Below, one piece after another: positions 1 through 15,700 of a stretch of DNA of 64,000 bases. Origin of the DNA: the human T2T-CHM13v2.0 reference genome, Homo sapiens. Position numbers and translations under genes: made by a program. Under the pieces are notes generated by a model that saw only the letters and a list, made by a program, of their open reading frames with translations, was not told the DNA's origin and made no database searches. Each line of letters opens with the position of its first letter. Within the stretch, counting starts at the first letter, position 1. The stretch lies in NCBI RefSeq assembly GCF_009914755.1, contig NC_060936.1. The stretch is one strand, 5' to 3'.

Positions 1-3000
1 TTAATTTTCCCCCGCAATCCTGCAGAGAGTATTACTAGTCCCATTTTAGAAATGTGGAAATAGGGGCTTACGGAGATTTACTGTCTTAGTAGCACATTCC
101 ACTATGTACAGAATCCAGGTTCCAAACTCAGGTCTCTCTGAAATCTATTCTTTCCTCTGTAAAGAGCAGACTCCTTTAATTTCTTATTTTCTTAACTTCT
201 GGATCATTTTAATAATCAAATCTTGAAGTGTTCCTTTTGACTTTTTAATATGTAATGATAACAGTAACCTTGAATTCTGAGACTAAAGAATTAAGAACTC
301 TTTCTTTTCCTGTGCTATAAGATAAAAGGTAGCAGTTTCCAGGGGAACTGACAAGAAAATCATTGTCCTTAAATATTAATACCTAGTGTTTAGGTACTAA
401 ATTATGTACAGACAGATCCATAAATGTGGACAACTTGAAAAGGTCTCAGAAGAAAACAATAAAAATATCTCATAGACTGGAAAAAAAATAGCTTATGGGG
501 TGGTGGTGCGGGTATGAAAAGCAATCTGGAGCATTTATTTATTCAAAAAGACAATTGACCAAATGTTCTCCAGCTCCTCCAAGGACAGAATAAATACAGC
601 TGGCAGAATTTAGGATTTCAAGTTGCACTGGAAGGAACATAAAAAAGGATTTCCTCAAAATAGAGATTGTTAATTCCAGAATTCATATCTTCTTTTAAAA
701 AAAGAGACTAGAGGAAAGCTTTTGAAACAAAGTAGACATGATGTGTAGGTAATAAAGTCAGAGGAATGTGCTAGATGCTGAGGACCCATTCACTGTTATT
801 CTAAGTTCATTGTTACAGTTTTTAGTATAGGGCTTCAGCACAGTCAACTCCGTATTTTCAGTATTTGACATCAAATAGTTTTCAGGTATGAATAGCACAC
901 ATAAATTCCATTTCAACCTTCAAAATATACATTTACTTTTAACTGAACATCTACTAATCATCCTCAAATAGTGTGCCTACCATTAAAATACTAACAGCAA
1001 ATACCCATAAAGTATCCCAGATTGCAAATAAAATGAAAGAAAGATGCATATATCATTTCCTTGCTTAATTCTCTGAGACTTTCTCATTTTCCACAGTGCG
1101 TTTTTAAGCTTCTGTAAGGTAGGCCTGTGCAAGTAAGCATGTATTCCTTAATAGGCCTCATTGATGAACATATGCTCAAATTTCAGCAACCCTCACAAGG
1201 TCTGCTATTTCTAATACCAATCAAATAGCACGAGGCCCAACTTATGGGGAGAAAATACCCTTCAGTAATTTTTAGAAGAATCACCTTGAAACTGTAAATG
1301 GTTGTCTCCAGTTGAGAAGAGAAGGTAAAACATAGAGCTGCATGCTTTCTGTAACTTCAGTAAATTTCACACATATCAACTAGTAAAAACATACTGGATA
1401 TAAACTATGTTCTCAGCCCTTTTGTACAATGCCAGATACAAAAGAAGTGAAATTCATGCTCCCCGCTCGTGGAAATACAGCTTCTACTCACACAACCACT
1501 CCAATTCCCTGTTTGCTTCATCTAATAACTTGTGGTTATTTTCCCCTGCTTTCATTGGCTAAAGAGTCATTTTTAATCCTCCTAATGATGTGTTTGTCTT
1601 CATATTTCACCTACCCTGTGAACAACAGCTGCAAATAACAAGAGCCATCTCCCCAGACGCACACTGCCTAACACACTGTCCAACTTCCTTTCTAAACTGT
1701 CGGTTTCTTGGAAATATATGTTCCTGTTGATTTTCTAAAACCCATCTGATGCCACTAGTGGTTTGTGTGGAAATCAAAAAACTCTTTCTCTCTCTCATAG
1801 TGTTGCTCGAATCTCTTCCTGGGGTGGTAGCAGAATCAGTGTGGAGCACCAGTACCCAGTTAGGTTGGTCTCAGGATTGTGTTCTGCAAGGATTTCTGAC
1901 TTTCAGAACTTAAGAGTATGTTTCCTATTGAAAGAAATCATCTAAGTTGAACTAGCTATATCTAGATTCAGTGTTAAATCTTTTTTTTTTTTTTTTACTG
2001 CCATAATGACCCTCATGCTGTACTCAGGTATTTATCTGCTTGTTCTCAATCCTAGGCAGTTGGCATTTTAAGCAAGAAGTGGCATTTAGTTGAAAATGCT
2101 CAGCTTTACTCCTGATGATTGCACATTCTATTTGAAGAATGATATAATATACTAAAGTCCTTTTTAAGGTTTGGGGATGGTTTCTGCTTAGCTCATCAAA
2201 GAGTAAGCAGCACTTACAAAATTGGAGACTTTTAGAGTTTTGTTTTGTCTTGTTTTAACTATTATAAATCTCATGTCCTTGCTATTGCTTTTTCGGAATG
2301 AATTGCAGTATGGATGGCTTTCCAAGACTGTCATAACCATGGCTAATTTATGCAGAATGTATCTTAACTTTTTGAAGTCATTAGGATTTTGAACCTTACC
2401 TAATATAAGTGAAAGAGAAAAAACTAAAAGTGCACAATCCTCTATGCATATATGCTGTAGGTATGTCTGATGGGGGTTATTTATTGATTTGGAAAATCTT
2501 TTGCAATGAAAAGGCGAACCCTACATGTCACACAAAATCGTCACTGTAACATGTGCACATATTGGCTCTTTCCAGAATGTGCTTAAGTTAAAATTGCTAG
2601 CAAAGCCTTAATTTGCGTGAATTTTCCCCTGGTTTTAGTCTCGGAATTAGCACAGCAATTGAAAATGTAGGAACATTTTATCAGTGTTGCTGTGGAGTTT
2701 CATAATTCAATCCTGTCATGTTCCACAGCCTTAGGATACAGAAACTCCTTGGAATCAGCAAGATCTAAATAGAACAATGAAAATTGTATACAAATCATGA
2801 TTACTTATGCCAATAAGTATATGATAATATGTCATACAAAACATGTAGTGGAATTATACGTTATATTGAAAGTTCATTCAATAATGAATGAGATTGAAAG
2901 AAAAAAAATGTGTCTCTCCTCCATGAATCAAGTTTCTACGCAGCTGCCGAGTAGTAGCAGCTTAATATTTCAGCACTGAATTTATTCAGTGTTACCCTCT

Positions 3001-4832
3001 TACATACATTTGTTACTTCCTAGTTTCTTTTAAAGCCTGTTTGGATAGGAAAGTATTTTTTTGTTCACTCCTGATCACAAAATGTGTTGGCAGCCTCCTG
3101 ACTTTACCAGAGCTGTTAGTCATCTCCGCTGACATTCTGCTTTCCGAAAGCACTGAAGTAATTGGCTCTTACTACAGGAAGTAAATGTGGAACTCCTAAA
3201 ACTAACTAAATTACCATCACGGGGCTGAATAAAAAACATGATCAATAAATATTCCTTTAGGTTCCCAAATGCCTATAAGATACAGCTATGTCCAACATGA
3301 TAGTGTTTTTTGAGGGGATCAGGGAGAGGCAAAGTAAAAACTGGACTGATTTTTCCCTCTAAATCTCAAGTGTGGAAGACAAAGAGGATGAGGGAGAAAA
3401 AATAGAACAAGAACCATTGAATGGATTGTTTTCACTTAGAAGTGGGAAGAAATTAAAACTACCTGAAAACCACAAACACCACTTGCCTTCGTGGACGTGT
3501 TCCTACATTTCTTGACCTGCATTATTTTCTCTTCATCCACAAGTCCCATCTTTTCAATCAGAACATCACAAGCCCAAGTCTAGTATTCAATTGTTAAAGG
3601 AATCATTAGGTGAAATTCAGAGGGTAACATGGCAGAGATTATTTTGTTTCAGTTCAACTGAATAAGCATTTATTGACCACCCACTAGGTGTTTCATTAAC
3701 TATGCTCAGCCCTGGGGGGAAGCTATAGTGAGTGTAGCAAGGTGTGTACCTGCAACTAACAATCACACAATGTGAGAAACTCTCCGTTTGCAAAGTGCTG
3801 TGAAAGCACAAAGTACTGCTTCGTCCTGCTAAAAGCTTTCAGGAAGTGGAGATATCCAAACATTCATAATTTTAAATATAAATAAATATTTGGACACATT
3901 AAAGTACTAAGATTACAACTGGTTATTTACTATAGACTGTTTATTTTCTGAAAAGTTGGGTGCTTCTATCAAAATTATGTAAAGACCTCTGAAAATTACT
4001 TGCAAAAAAGTTTGCTGTAACATCACTTGTACAGTCAATCATGTTTCTGTATTTACTATTTATAGACAACAATAAGAATACAATCACAAAGTGCTTCAAT
4101 AGATACTGTTAGCCTTAGCTAACTTAGGTAAGTTATCTTACTTGGTTGGGTGAAAATCATTACCTTAATTATCTCCTAAACAAATGTAACTAACTAAAGC
4201 ATGCATTAGCATTTCCTGTGTTTGAGCTTATAGACTAGTAATGATGAAGAGCAAGCAGGTAATAGGTCCAGTTCTTCAGATAGCTTAAAAATTAGTTCAA
4301 GATGGAATAAAAACAACGCCATAGTAGAATTATACAAGGTACATGTCCACACTGACAGCACACATTCACATCCCCAGAGAAAAATGTCAGAAAATGTTAT
4401 TTTAGTCTTTAATTAAGAAAACAACATTCCACCGTCTCTTTATTAGTTCTCCATTTATTCCCCCATTCTTCCTTCCTGCCTGTAGAAATTGGAGTGTTCA
4501 GGTGGTAGATAGATACTTCTATATATTTACAAACTGCTTTAGCAACTTAATCAACAGCAGTTAGAAATTTCATTTCTAGAACTCAGTTTTTGGCAAATGG
4601 GAAGTATAAAGTGCAGATATGTTCATGCAATCTAGTAGAGTTTTAAAAAATGAATCTGAAATTATTATTATCTTCTCATGTAAGGAAAAGTAAACAAACC
4701 TGATATGTGTTTAATGAAAATTAAATAAAACTGAGGTACCTGATGTAATTATTTAAAGCTGTTCAAGTTTAATTATTATGTTAATCAATTCTTCTGCCCA
4801 GATAAATTTGTCTTTTCTTTTTTAATTATCAG

Positions 4833-4868
4833 GAGTAAAAATGGTTTAAAGAAGAGGAAACTGACAAA
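4833..4868 (+). CDS. PTPRO: PTPRO coding exon, 36 nt, juxtamembrane (SKNGLKKRKLT)
   Basis: Pyrimidine tract + AG at 4831-32, GTAAGT donor at 4869; phase 2/2; joins the next exon in frame to give ...KKRKLTNPVQLDDF. Confidence 0.93.
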
Positions 4869-5736
4869 GTAAGTTTTTCTTACTATGTCATTTAAAAGGA
4901 TGTTTGTTATAATAATCTTAACGTTCCAATTAAAGATTGCTTGTCTTCAAAGAGAAGGGACGCTTAAGAAAGAGGCAAATGCATATTACAATAGCTAAGC
5001 ACAATAATGTACTGGTTGTTTATGCCTGAGTGGCAGTGGCCACTAGAAAAGTGTATCACAGAAATCACATCAGAAATAAGGACAATGTTTATCATATCAA
5101 ATCTGAGAGAGTGGATCGTTAGCAATTTTTAAAGTCTTGGAGGAGGAAGTATGGTATTCTAAATACAGTATATGAAAATCTAATATTTAACTACATCAAA
5201 GGGTTTCAAAAATCCTTTTAGTATTTTGAAATTCTGTGTTTATTGCAGGAAAAGGCTTTTACTCTATTTGATGTTATAATAGATACTTTGATAATGCTTT
5301 CTCAAGAAACCTGTATAATAAATAGAAAAGATAATTAATCTAGCCTGTGGTTTTCCTTATCTATTAAACCATTAAATGAGAAGAATTACTATTGTGGTAA
5401 GTGAAAATTAACCCCCAGTTGATTTCAAAAGCCTATTAGATTATCACCTCCATGCCTTTTCTTAGTTATAATTCTACATATGAAAAGTGGAACTTTCCTT
5501 TATATAGAGTTTGTTCTTGATACCTGCCTGGATAGAACATTGGTGAATTAGTACAAGAAGGAAATTAGGGGGTCCAGCCAGGTCTGTGGCATCTATGCTT
5601 ATGGAAAGAAATCATGAGTAATCCATGACATAATCCAAAAGAAAAGTTGATGTAAAAATGTTTCTAGTTAGTCTTGAGTGGCATATAATTTTATGGCATA
5701 TATGAAAACAGAATAATTTTTTCTAAGTCAATTTCA

Positions 5737-6112
<376 letters not shown>

Positions 6113-6419
6113 TAGGAGAGATAAGACCAGACTGAATAGAGGAGAGGGTACCATCACCTGGGAGGGATGATTTCACAGAAACAGAAAGACTTTGTTACCA
6201 AAAACTGTTGGTTGGGTTGGCAGGTGAGCTAAAGAGGCAGAGACTAGAGCATTTAGAAGATAGCGTCCTTGGACGAAAAGGAGAGACTGTCAAGGCTTGC
6301 TCCTCCCATGACTCAGGCAAAGAAAAGAAGGAGAAGCAAGACCCAGACAAAAGATAGGGTAGAGATTAGGAGTGGTAGAACATACCCACAAGCAAAAAAA
6401 AACTCACATCAATTCGGCT

Positions 6420-6790
6420 TCCACCTTCCCCCCTCTCATTTTCCTTTGACTCCTCTCTCCTTCTCTAGAAGACATTTCTTGAAAGGCTTTCCTCTCACCT
6501 TTTTATTTGCCTTCTCTACCATTTCTCTTTCCCTCCAAATGCCCCACCACTACCATATCCCCCTGGTTCCCATTTTCTATCTCCACTTGTCTTCATTCCA
6601 TCCTTCCTTTCCATCACCTCCTCTTTTTCTTTTTCCTCTGTAGATATTTGTCCTTTTGGTCTCTACTCCCTTCCAGCTTTCTTTTTCTTCTCCTTGTCAT
6701 TCTCCTTCTCCCTTATGTCCATTCTTCTGTTTGCTATTCCTTCCTCTCTCTCTCTTTTCCCTCTGCTTCTTGCTTTTACTTCTTTTAACC
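6420..6790. repeat. CT-rich low-complexity tract
   Basis: About 370 nt strongly pyrimidine-biased on +. Confidence 0.8.
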
Positions 6791-7365
6791 CATTAATACT
6801 TTGTCTGGTTTGCCTTCTGTATACATGTGCCCATTTTCCTAGTAACAAGATGAAAGCTAGAGTTGTTAAATCCAACTTTAAGGTCGATACACTGCCCAAA
6901 GACACCAGCCAGAGAGTGCAGTTCTAAGGGGGTTCATTCCAGGAGAGGAGTCCCAACTTTAGCCCATTCTTTTGGAAGGATAACAAGTTTGAAGTGGGAA
7001 AAGCTTTGAACCAGGACTTACTCTCCCTGGATTCCAGTGAGAATTCTACTGCTTAGTAGACATGTGATGTTGGGCTACTCACTTAACTCTCTTAGCCGTG
7101 GCTCTCTCAGCTGGAGCATGGAGCTAATGTTGTCTATTCCTACCTCAGGGATCAATTAAGCAAGATAATGCATGTGACTATTTATGAAGTGTAGCGTGTT
7201 TTATAAATGAGTTATTGTTATTAAGTAAAAACATTTCAGTTTAAAGGTATTCTCTGGAAGATATAACGCCCTCTAAAATTTACTAAAATGTTAACATAAA
7301 TGAATTAATCAGATTAGCTAATCAACAACTTTAAATGAGCATTATTAAATACTATGTATTTTCTA

Positions 7366-7713
<348 letters not shown>

Positions 7714-8656
7714 TTAGATGATATAAGCTGAGTAACACACCACAAGACCAAGGGAAGGGTCAACTATAAAGACCCTGCCAAAGTGGAAAGGCTTGAGTTA
7801 GATGACAGAATGTGGAATTCTGCAGAAGCAGAGAGCTACTTTAGAGAGCAAATTGGTTTAGGTAGGCTCTAGAGGAGATAAGCAGCTACAGAAAACTACA
7901 GGAGATAAAACTTGATTCTTATTCTCAAAAAAAAGTGAGAACTTCTGCTGCGGATGCAGAAACATAGCTCAGATGTGTTACTTGATTGAACCTCTGAGCC
8001 ATTTCCATACTTTTATAGATATGCAAGCCTCTAAAGATAACTCACTCCAGTGAGACCCTGGGAGCTTTCTGGACAAAAGTTTCATCCCACTGATCCTGCC
8101 TCTGCTTTGGGGAGACTGTAGCTAGCAGCACAATTCCTTATACTTGTAAAGCTGTTGAAACTTACAAAGTTCTTTATGTACTGTATGTCAACCCTGTAGC
8201 TGTAACTACTGTATTTTATGGATGAGAACATTGACTCTGAAGAGTTAGGCGATTCTCTAGGATAACACAGTCAATAAAGCAAAACCATAACTCAAACAGG
8301 TCTTTGGAATCCATTCCTTTGTTATTTTCCATATGCCAGAGTTTTTTAGAAGCAACACAGATGGGGGTGTGTGTATACGAGTATGCATATATATACTACT
8401 GTACTGCTACAGTAAGAGCCAAGTGGAAATCTAGAGATTTCTCCTATCAAGGAAGCTGGATATATATGCCCTTCTTTTCAATTGCAATATATTAAGGATT
8501 GGTAACTTGAACCAAAAAAAAAAGGTGAGTGCTAACCTTAGAGAAGTAAAACTTCTATTTTCTCCAAGAAGATTAAGAAGTATGATATTAAACAATATAT
8601 AATACCTATCAACAAGAATTTTAAAATGTATGTATATTTCTTTGTGTTTGGCAAAG

Positions 8657-8738
8657 CCCGGTTCAACTGGATGACTTTGATGCCTATATTAAGGATATGG
8701 CCAAAGACTCTGACTATAAATTTTCTCTTCAGTTTGAG
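8657..8738 (+). CDS. PTPRO: PTPRO coding exon ([27 protein letters not shown])
   Basis: AG at 8655-56, GTGAGT at 8739; 82 nt; in frame with neighbouring exons. Confidence 0.96.
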
Positions 8739-10204
8739 GTGAGTTGGTTAAGGCATTTTCTACCTTCTGTAATGGAAAGGGCCTGGGAATTGGGGGGTTT
8801 GTGTTGCGGTCATGTCCCTGCTCACTGGCAGTGCGTAACAAAAAGGGTATTGGCCTGGGGATCGCTGATCTGCTGGTTTAGAGCAAGGGTTGTCAATCCT
8901 TGCTTAGTAGGCAAGGCCTCAGGTGGCACAAATGAGATGAGGGGAAGAAGAGAATAGGTGCAGGTACTGAGGTGAGCAAACATGGGTATAGTAGAAGCCA
9001 TCATTGAAAACCAGGGAAATCGAGAGTACAAGAAGAAAAATGCAAGCTGAGGCATGAAGCCTGAGACAGAATTTCCCTTTCAGGGGATTTGTAGTGTTTC
9101 TCATGCTTCTTAGGCCACAGTAGTGGCGGATAGTGGATAAAACTGACCCCCTTTGTGTCCTGGGCACATAACATCCTGGAGTAGGGCTTTTCAAGCTATA
9201 GGACTCCTGGCATTCTACTTAATAACTTTTGTGCAGTTTTATTTTCTTTCCTTGGACAAATTGGGGAGATAAAGTTACACATGATTTGTGTTAAGAAAAA
9301 AATTGACAACATCTCTTTTTTTCCGAAGGACACATATTTCTTTGGATCTAAAACCATATGTCAGAAGAGATGGAAGTGAGTGAGTCTAATATCTCAGCAG
9401 TGTGGGGGAAGATAATTAGTTCTCACTTTTTCTTTCTACATATTTTATAGCTCATAACACAGTCTAAATGGCCCCCCATCCTTCAGGTTTCTATAGCATG
9501 GCTTGAGTGGTCAGTGATTCAGGGAAAAGGGGAAGATAAAGTGATTTTTCTAAATTCTGTAGTTTTTTTTTTTTATAAAGCCTTTTAAGTGCTCTTTTCT
9601 ATTAAGGTAGCTGCTTTTTCTTCAGTTTTTAAAATCATTTCTCCTTTCCACTTCTCAGCCAAGGACAGCTTTAGTCTGCAAAAAGCATCAGTGGTCCTGG
9701 TGTGGAGACACTAATGGGGAATTTGAGGATGAGAAGAATCTTATACATTACCAAATACAAAGACCGCTAACTACCACCTGTGTCCTGAAAAATTCCACAC
9801 AGAGCCTGCTCACTTATCCATTGTATCCAGGTGCATAGGATATTATAGATGCTACACCAAATGCTATACTCAAAGAAATTCAATTTGAATTGGAAATGAA
9901 TGAGGAGGATGGCATTTCAGAAAGTATATCAAGGAAAGGAGGACTTTTTTTCTAAGCAAACATGAGGCAAAACTCTGAAAAAATAAATAGCTAGATGATT
10001 CTAACGATGATAGAAATTATGGTATAGCTACACTTTTACCTTATTAAAGCCACATTTTCTTAATTCCTTCAAGATGGCATGCCCTTGGTGGCACAGCTGG
10101 ATCATAACCTCTGCTGGCAACTCACAGTTTATGTCTTGAAACCCAAGCATAACTATTACTGTTTCTGAATTGCATGAAAAAAAATTCAACAAGTCATTTT
10201 CCAG

Positions 10205-11130
<926 letters not shown>

Positions 11131-12267
11131 GCTATCTTTAGATATCACAAAAATATGAAAAGCAGAATTATAAATTTTATGTGCTAAATGTTCAATTTAT
11201 AATATGCTGAGGGCTTTTATTCATTCAATGGATAAATGAATACATTTAGCCTGACTTCATAGGATTTATAAGAAATGTGCTAAACTAGGAATCTAAAATC
11301 CTGAATCCTCACTACAGTGTTGCTACTAATTAACATTCTAAAAAATATGTTTTTTTCTTAACCAATTGATATATAATGAGTTTGGGGTGGGCTTGGGGGC
11401 GGATGATGTATTAGCTACAGATTTTTTATGTAGTGAACATGCTCATGTATAAGTTTCAATTTATCCAACTACTTTGTTGGAATAATTCTTATGGATTGAA
11501 ACTGCCCAGGCAAAGTATATACAAAATCTGCATTTTGAGTAAATTTCCCATAAGTGGAGTAAGTTTTCCCAGTGTTCCTAAAACTATACAAACAGTATAG
11601 TATAGTATATACTTCCTAAAACTATACAAAGAGTAGATATCAACATTTGTAATCATTGATAATGTAATATTACAAAGAAATTGCTTTCTCATCTGTTAAC
11701 GTTAAGCTACATCATCTTCATATAGCACTATTAGTCATTTGTGTTATTTCATTTTCCTCTGTTTCTTTTATTTTCATGTACCTTATAATCTTCATCATTT
11801 TGTTACTGATTTCTAACAGCTGATTTATGATTAAAGAGGTTAACATTTTGTGAAGGGCTGAAAATGAAATACCATTTTTTTCTCATTTTTTTACATTGGG
11901 GTTTTATTTGGAGTTTGTACAGAAGTTGTGTATTTAAAAAATAATCATGTTCTGCTTTTTTTTAAGTACATTTTCTCATCACCTTAGTATGAGTAGGTGA
12001 GTTGAACTAGATCAATGGTTCTCAACTGGACAAGTACCAGTCAGCCCCCAGATGAAATTTGAAAATGTGTGGGAGTGTTTTTGGTTGTTATAATAGCTTA
12101 GGAGGAGGATGCTAACAGTATTTTATGGAAGAGGGACGAGGCGTTAAATGCTCTTCAATGAGTGGGACATTCCCGCACAATAGAGAATTGTCCTAGGCCG
12201 AAAGTGTTTGATTGAGAAATATGGGTTAAATATGGGATGAGGCTACAATCAAGCTTTATAACCCATG

Positions 12268-12696
12268 TGTATTAGTCATGGGTTCTCCAGAGAAACCAAT
12301 GGGATGTTTATATAGAACAAATATGATGTATATATAGAGAGATCTATTTTAAGGTATTGGCTTTTGAGGTTATGGAGGCTGACAAGTCTGAAACCTGAAG
12401 GGCAGGCTGGCAGGCTGGAGATCCAAGGAAAAGTTGAGTTTGCAGTTTTGAGTTTGAAGGCAATGGGGAGGCAGAATTCCTCCCTCCTTGTAGGACCTGT
12501 CTCTTCTCATCAGGCCTTCAAACTGACTGGATGAGGCCCAGCCACATTACGTAGCATAATCAGCCTTCCTCAAACTCTACTTACGTAAATGTTAATCACA
12601 TATGAGAAAAACACCTTCACAGCAGCAGACTGGTGTTTGGCCAAGCAACTGGACACTATAGCCTAGTCAAGTTGACGTCTAAAATTAACCATTACA
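12268..12696 (-). mobile_element. MLT2 (ERVL) solo LTR
   Basis: TGTATTAGTC...GGTTCTCCAGAGAAAC start; GCCTAGTCAAGTTGAC...AAATTAACCATTACA end. Confidence 0.8.
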
Positions 12697-13889
12697 CCAC
12701 GATTTTAAAGTCTTTAATATTGTTATTTATTATGATGCTCTCTTCATACATTTCTATTCTTAGAACATTATTGGTCATATATGTAATTAATTGGGTGGTA
12801 AGTCCTGACATTATTTACATATTCTGGTAGGAAAATACAACTTACTCTCTAGGGCTCTGTTTTAAGTCACAGGCTTAGACTGTATGTTTTGGACTAACAT
12901 TTGCTCAAGCAGTGGCCCACTGGTCCAATTTACTTCCTTCTTCATTTGACAGACTTCAGATATTACCAGTCCTCAGTCCCATTCTGCCCCCTACATCCTC
13001 AGGGTCAGCGTCAGGGTTTCCTCATCAATTTTCATAGAAGTAGTGTGCTCCCATGCCTGATTTCAGGATGTATGCTGGACCTTTCACATGGCAGCCCTCA
13101 CATTTTTTTGAAATACATTGATAGTTAATTGAGACTTAAGGAAAAAAATGTTCCTAACTCTAATGAGAATTCAAGAGGGTATGAGATGGCCAAATCACCT
13201 TGGTCTAGATAATTCCAGCAGCTGAACTTGTACTTGTTCTGTTTATATTAATGCCTAGTATTTGTATTCATTTTGATACTGACATTGAAATATCACATTC
13301 ACATTGAGAAATCACATCATTTATAAGCATTTTGCAAATTGAAACTAATGTCTGGATTTATAGATACTACCAATACAGCCATAAGTCATACATGAAGCTA
13401 TATGAGTTACTAATTTGTGTTTACTGAATAAATTTCTTTTTTACTCTGAATCTGATTTTAAATCTGCTAGAAAGATTGATTATCCTTCTGATAAAAATAT
13501 ACACCGTTCCTTTAAAAGTCTTGGGACCCAGGGATTAAAATAGGTTCCTCATTTTTTACATTTCACATGGGAAAGATTTTGAAGAACCAGACTTTATAGC
13601 TGAAATGTGAGAGCCCAGAAGACATATCACATATTGCTCATTCTGCTATTAATGTCTGTGCTTAGTGTTTGATCAGGATACTAGTAAAGGCCCTCACCAT
13701 CTCTGTTCAGACATGTGGCTGCAAAGATCAAAACAAAACTACAGAACTGGCCATGCAGTTCACAAGAGGTGACCTTTGATTTCTGGTAGTAGCTTTTACT
13801 TGCTATAGATGGAACCTCTTCTGTCAACACCACTGGCACTTTCTTTCTCCTCACTTTTTCCACCCCTTATGGACACGTAATCTAGTAAT

Positions 13890-14057
13890 CTTAGTATTGT
13901 TTGAATAAACCCCCTTTCCTTTAGTCTAAACTAGTTTGAGCTATGTTTTTGTCACTCACAACTAAAATAATGTGTTTACTGGAAAATGACTTGTTGGATT
14001 TTTTGTAATCATGCGATTCAGAAACAGTAATAGTTATGCTTGGGTTTCAAGACATAA
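13890..14057 (-). repeat. Inverted copy of 10129-10293
   Basis: Reverse complement aligns end to end, about 93% identity by eye. Confidence 0.93.
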
Positions 14058-14168
14058 TGTCCACCCTATCCCAAAGCAAACACCGAAAGCAAACTCTCAC
14101 CTGCTGACATTGTTACAAACCCTAAGACCAGAATGCAGATTGTGCTCTCCTCAGAAGATGATATTGCA

Positions 14169-14795
14169 GGTTATGGGCTGAATATCTGTGGCCCCCCAAA
14201 ATTCCTATGTTTAATCCCTAACCCCCAATGCAATGGTATTTGGAGATGGAGCCCTTGCTAAGTAATTAGGATTAGATAAGCTCATGAGGGTGAGGACTTC
14301 GTGGTAGGATTGTTGCAGGACTTTTCCTTAGTTCAGCTAAAGATGAGGTCCTTGTCCATCCCACAGCCATGAAAATTTAGGTTCACAGGCAATTTGGAGG
14401 GTGAGTAAAACAGGGTTTTATTCGGTGAAAAGGAAGAAAAGGGAGAAACAGGGACTCTCACTAGGCTGGAGTCCCTGCTAGAGCACTTCCCACTGGCAGC
14501 TTGAATCTCAGGTTCCACACAGGAAGAGGAAAGGCCAGGTTCCTTCCCCACTGCAAACATGGTGAACTTCCCGAGGCTCCACCTCTGTGAGCAGGCTAGT
14601 TGGAATTTCTCCAAGGACCCCCTCCCACCTGACTGTCTCAGGATCAGCCAAGATAAGATGCCTAAGAATGAAATCTACCTTGTTGCCATCTTGATCTTGG
14701 ACTTCCCAGCCTCCAGAACTGTGAGACATAAATCTCTACTGTTTAAACTATCACTCTATGGTGTTTTGTTATGGCAGCCCAAGCCAACTAATGTA
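14169..14795 (+). mobile_element. MLT1A/MST-type MaLR LTR, interrupted by MER61
   Basis: TATGGGCTGAAT...CCCCAAAATTC start; GGACTTCCCAGCCTCCAGAACTGTGAGA end. Confidence 0.75.
14311..14640 (-). mobile_element. MER61-like ERV1 solo LTR
   Basis: TG...CA ends, 4-bp TSD GGAT; TTTAGCTGAACTAAGGAAAAGTCCTGCAACA 3' end on the minus strand. Confidence 0.8.
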
Positions 14796-14882
14796 ATGTA
14801 TATGCTTGTGCTTTGCTTTCCAAGACCTGTATGCTTCAAACACAGCCAACAAAACGTAGCCTGCTACTGGGTTTGGGTGACC

Positions 14883-15268
14883 GTATTAGTTCCTATGGCT
14901 GCCATAACAAATTACCACAATTGTCGTGGTTTAAAACAACAGAAACTTATTCTCACAATTGCAGAGCCAGAATTCCAAAATCAAGGTGTCAGCAGGGCCA
15001 CACTCCCCCTGAAGACTCTAGGGAAGAATTTTTCTTTGCCTCTTTCAGCTTCTGTTGGCCACAGCAATTCCTTGGCTTGCAGCTGCATAACTCTGATCTG
15101 TCTCCATCTTTACATGCCTTTTCCTCTTCTCCAGGATGATCTCATCTCATGTTCTCTAACTTAATTACAACTGCAAAGACACTTTCTCCAAATTAGATCA
15201 CACTCACAGGTTCTGGGGGTTAGGAGGTAGACGTATCTTTTTGGGGATCACCATTCAACCCACTACAG
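14883..15268 (-). mobile_element. MLT1B/C MaLR LTR
   Basis: TATTAGTTCCTATGGCTGCCATAACAAATTACCACAA...CCATTCAACCCACTACA. Confidence 0.8.
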
Positions 15269-15632
15269 ATGACTGTATAGCCTAGAAGAAAAGGGTGATA
15301 AATTATATTTAGAAACAAAACTGACAAAAGAAAATTCAGAAATGATTTATGTGGGTTTCAGGTCCATCACTCCATAGTTTGTCTTCATAAAGATTTAAGC
15401 CAGTGGAATTTCCATATGGTTGGAAAGAAAATAACTTCAAAGCTGCTGAACTGGAAACTTAATATTTTATTTTCCACTTAGTGACAGGCTAAATTACAAA
15501 GGCTTCAAAGCATACTGTGTTTACATGCAGTTCCCACTTTGCTGCAATTCAACTTTGGCAACTTCCACTTACAGTGTTCAGCCAATTAAACCTCTCTTAT
15601 CAACTTAGAGTATTTACAGCAGGAAGGCAACA

Positions 15633-15700
15633 CACAATTAAAGTTCTGTCAGTTAGTCAGCTTCCACAATTAAAGTTCTGTCAGTTAGTCAGCTTCCACA
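15633..15700. repeat. Perfect 32-bp tandem duplication
   Basis: CACAATTAAAGTTCTGTCAGTTAGTCAGCTTC x2 + CACA. Confidence 0.95.

Noticed and set aside
900-3300. RBFOX (TGCATG at 1339) and QKI-like (ACTAAY) motifs as regulators of an upstream alternative exon
   Set aside because: Short motifs at about chance frequency in AT-rich DNA; the target exon is outside the window and conservation cannot be assessed
14559-15164. Longest ORF in the track (201 aa)
   Set aside because: It runs across MER61, MLT1A and MLT1B/C pieces, has no recognisable domain and no splice or promoter support; likely a chance open frame
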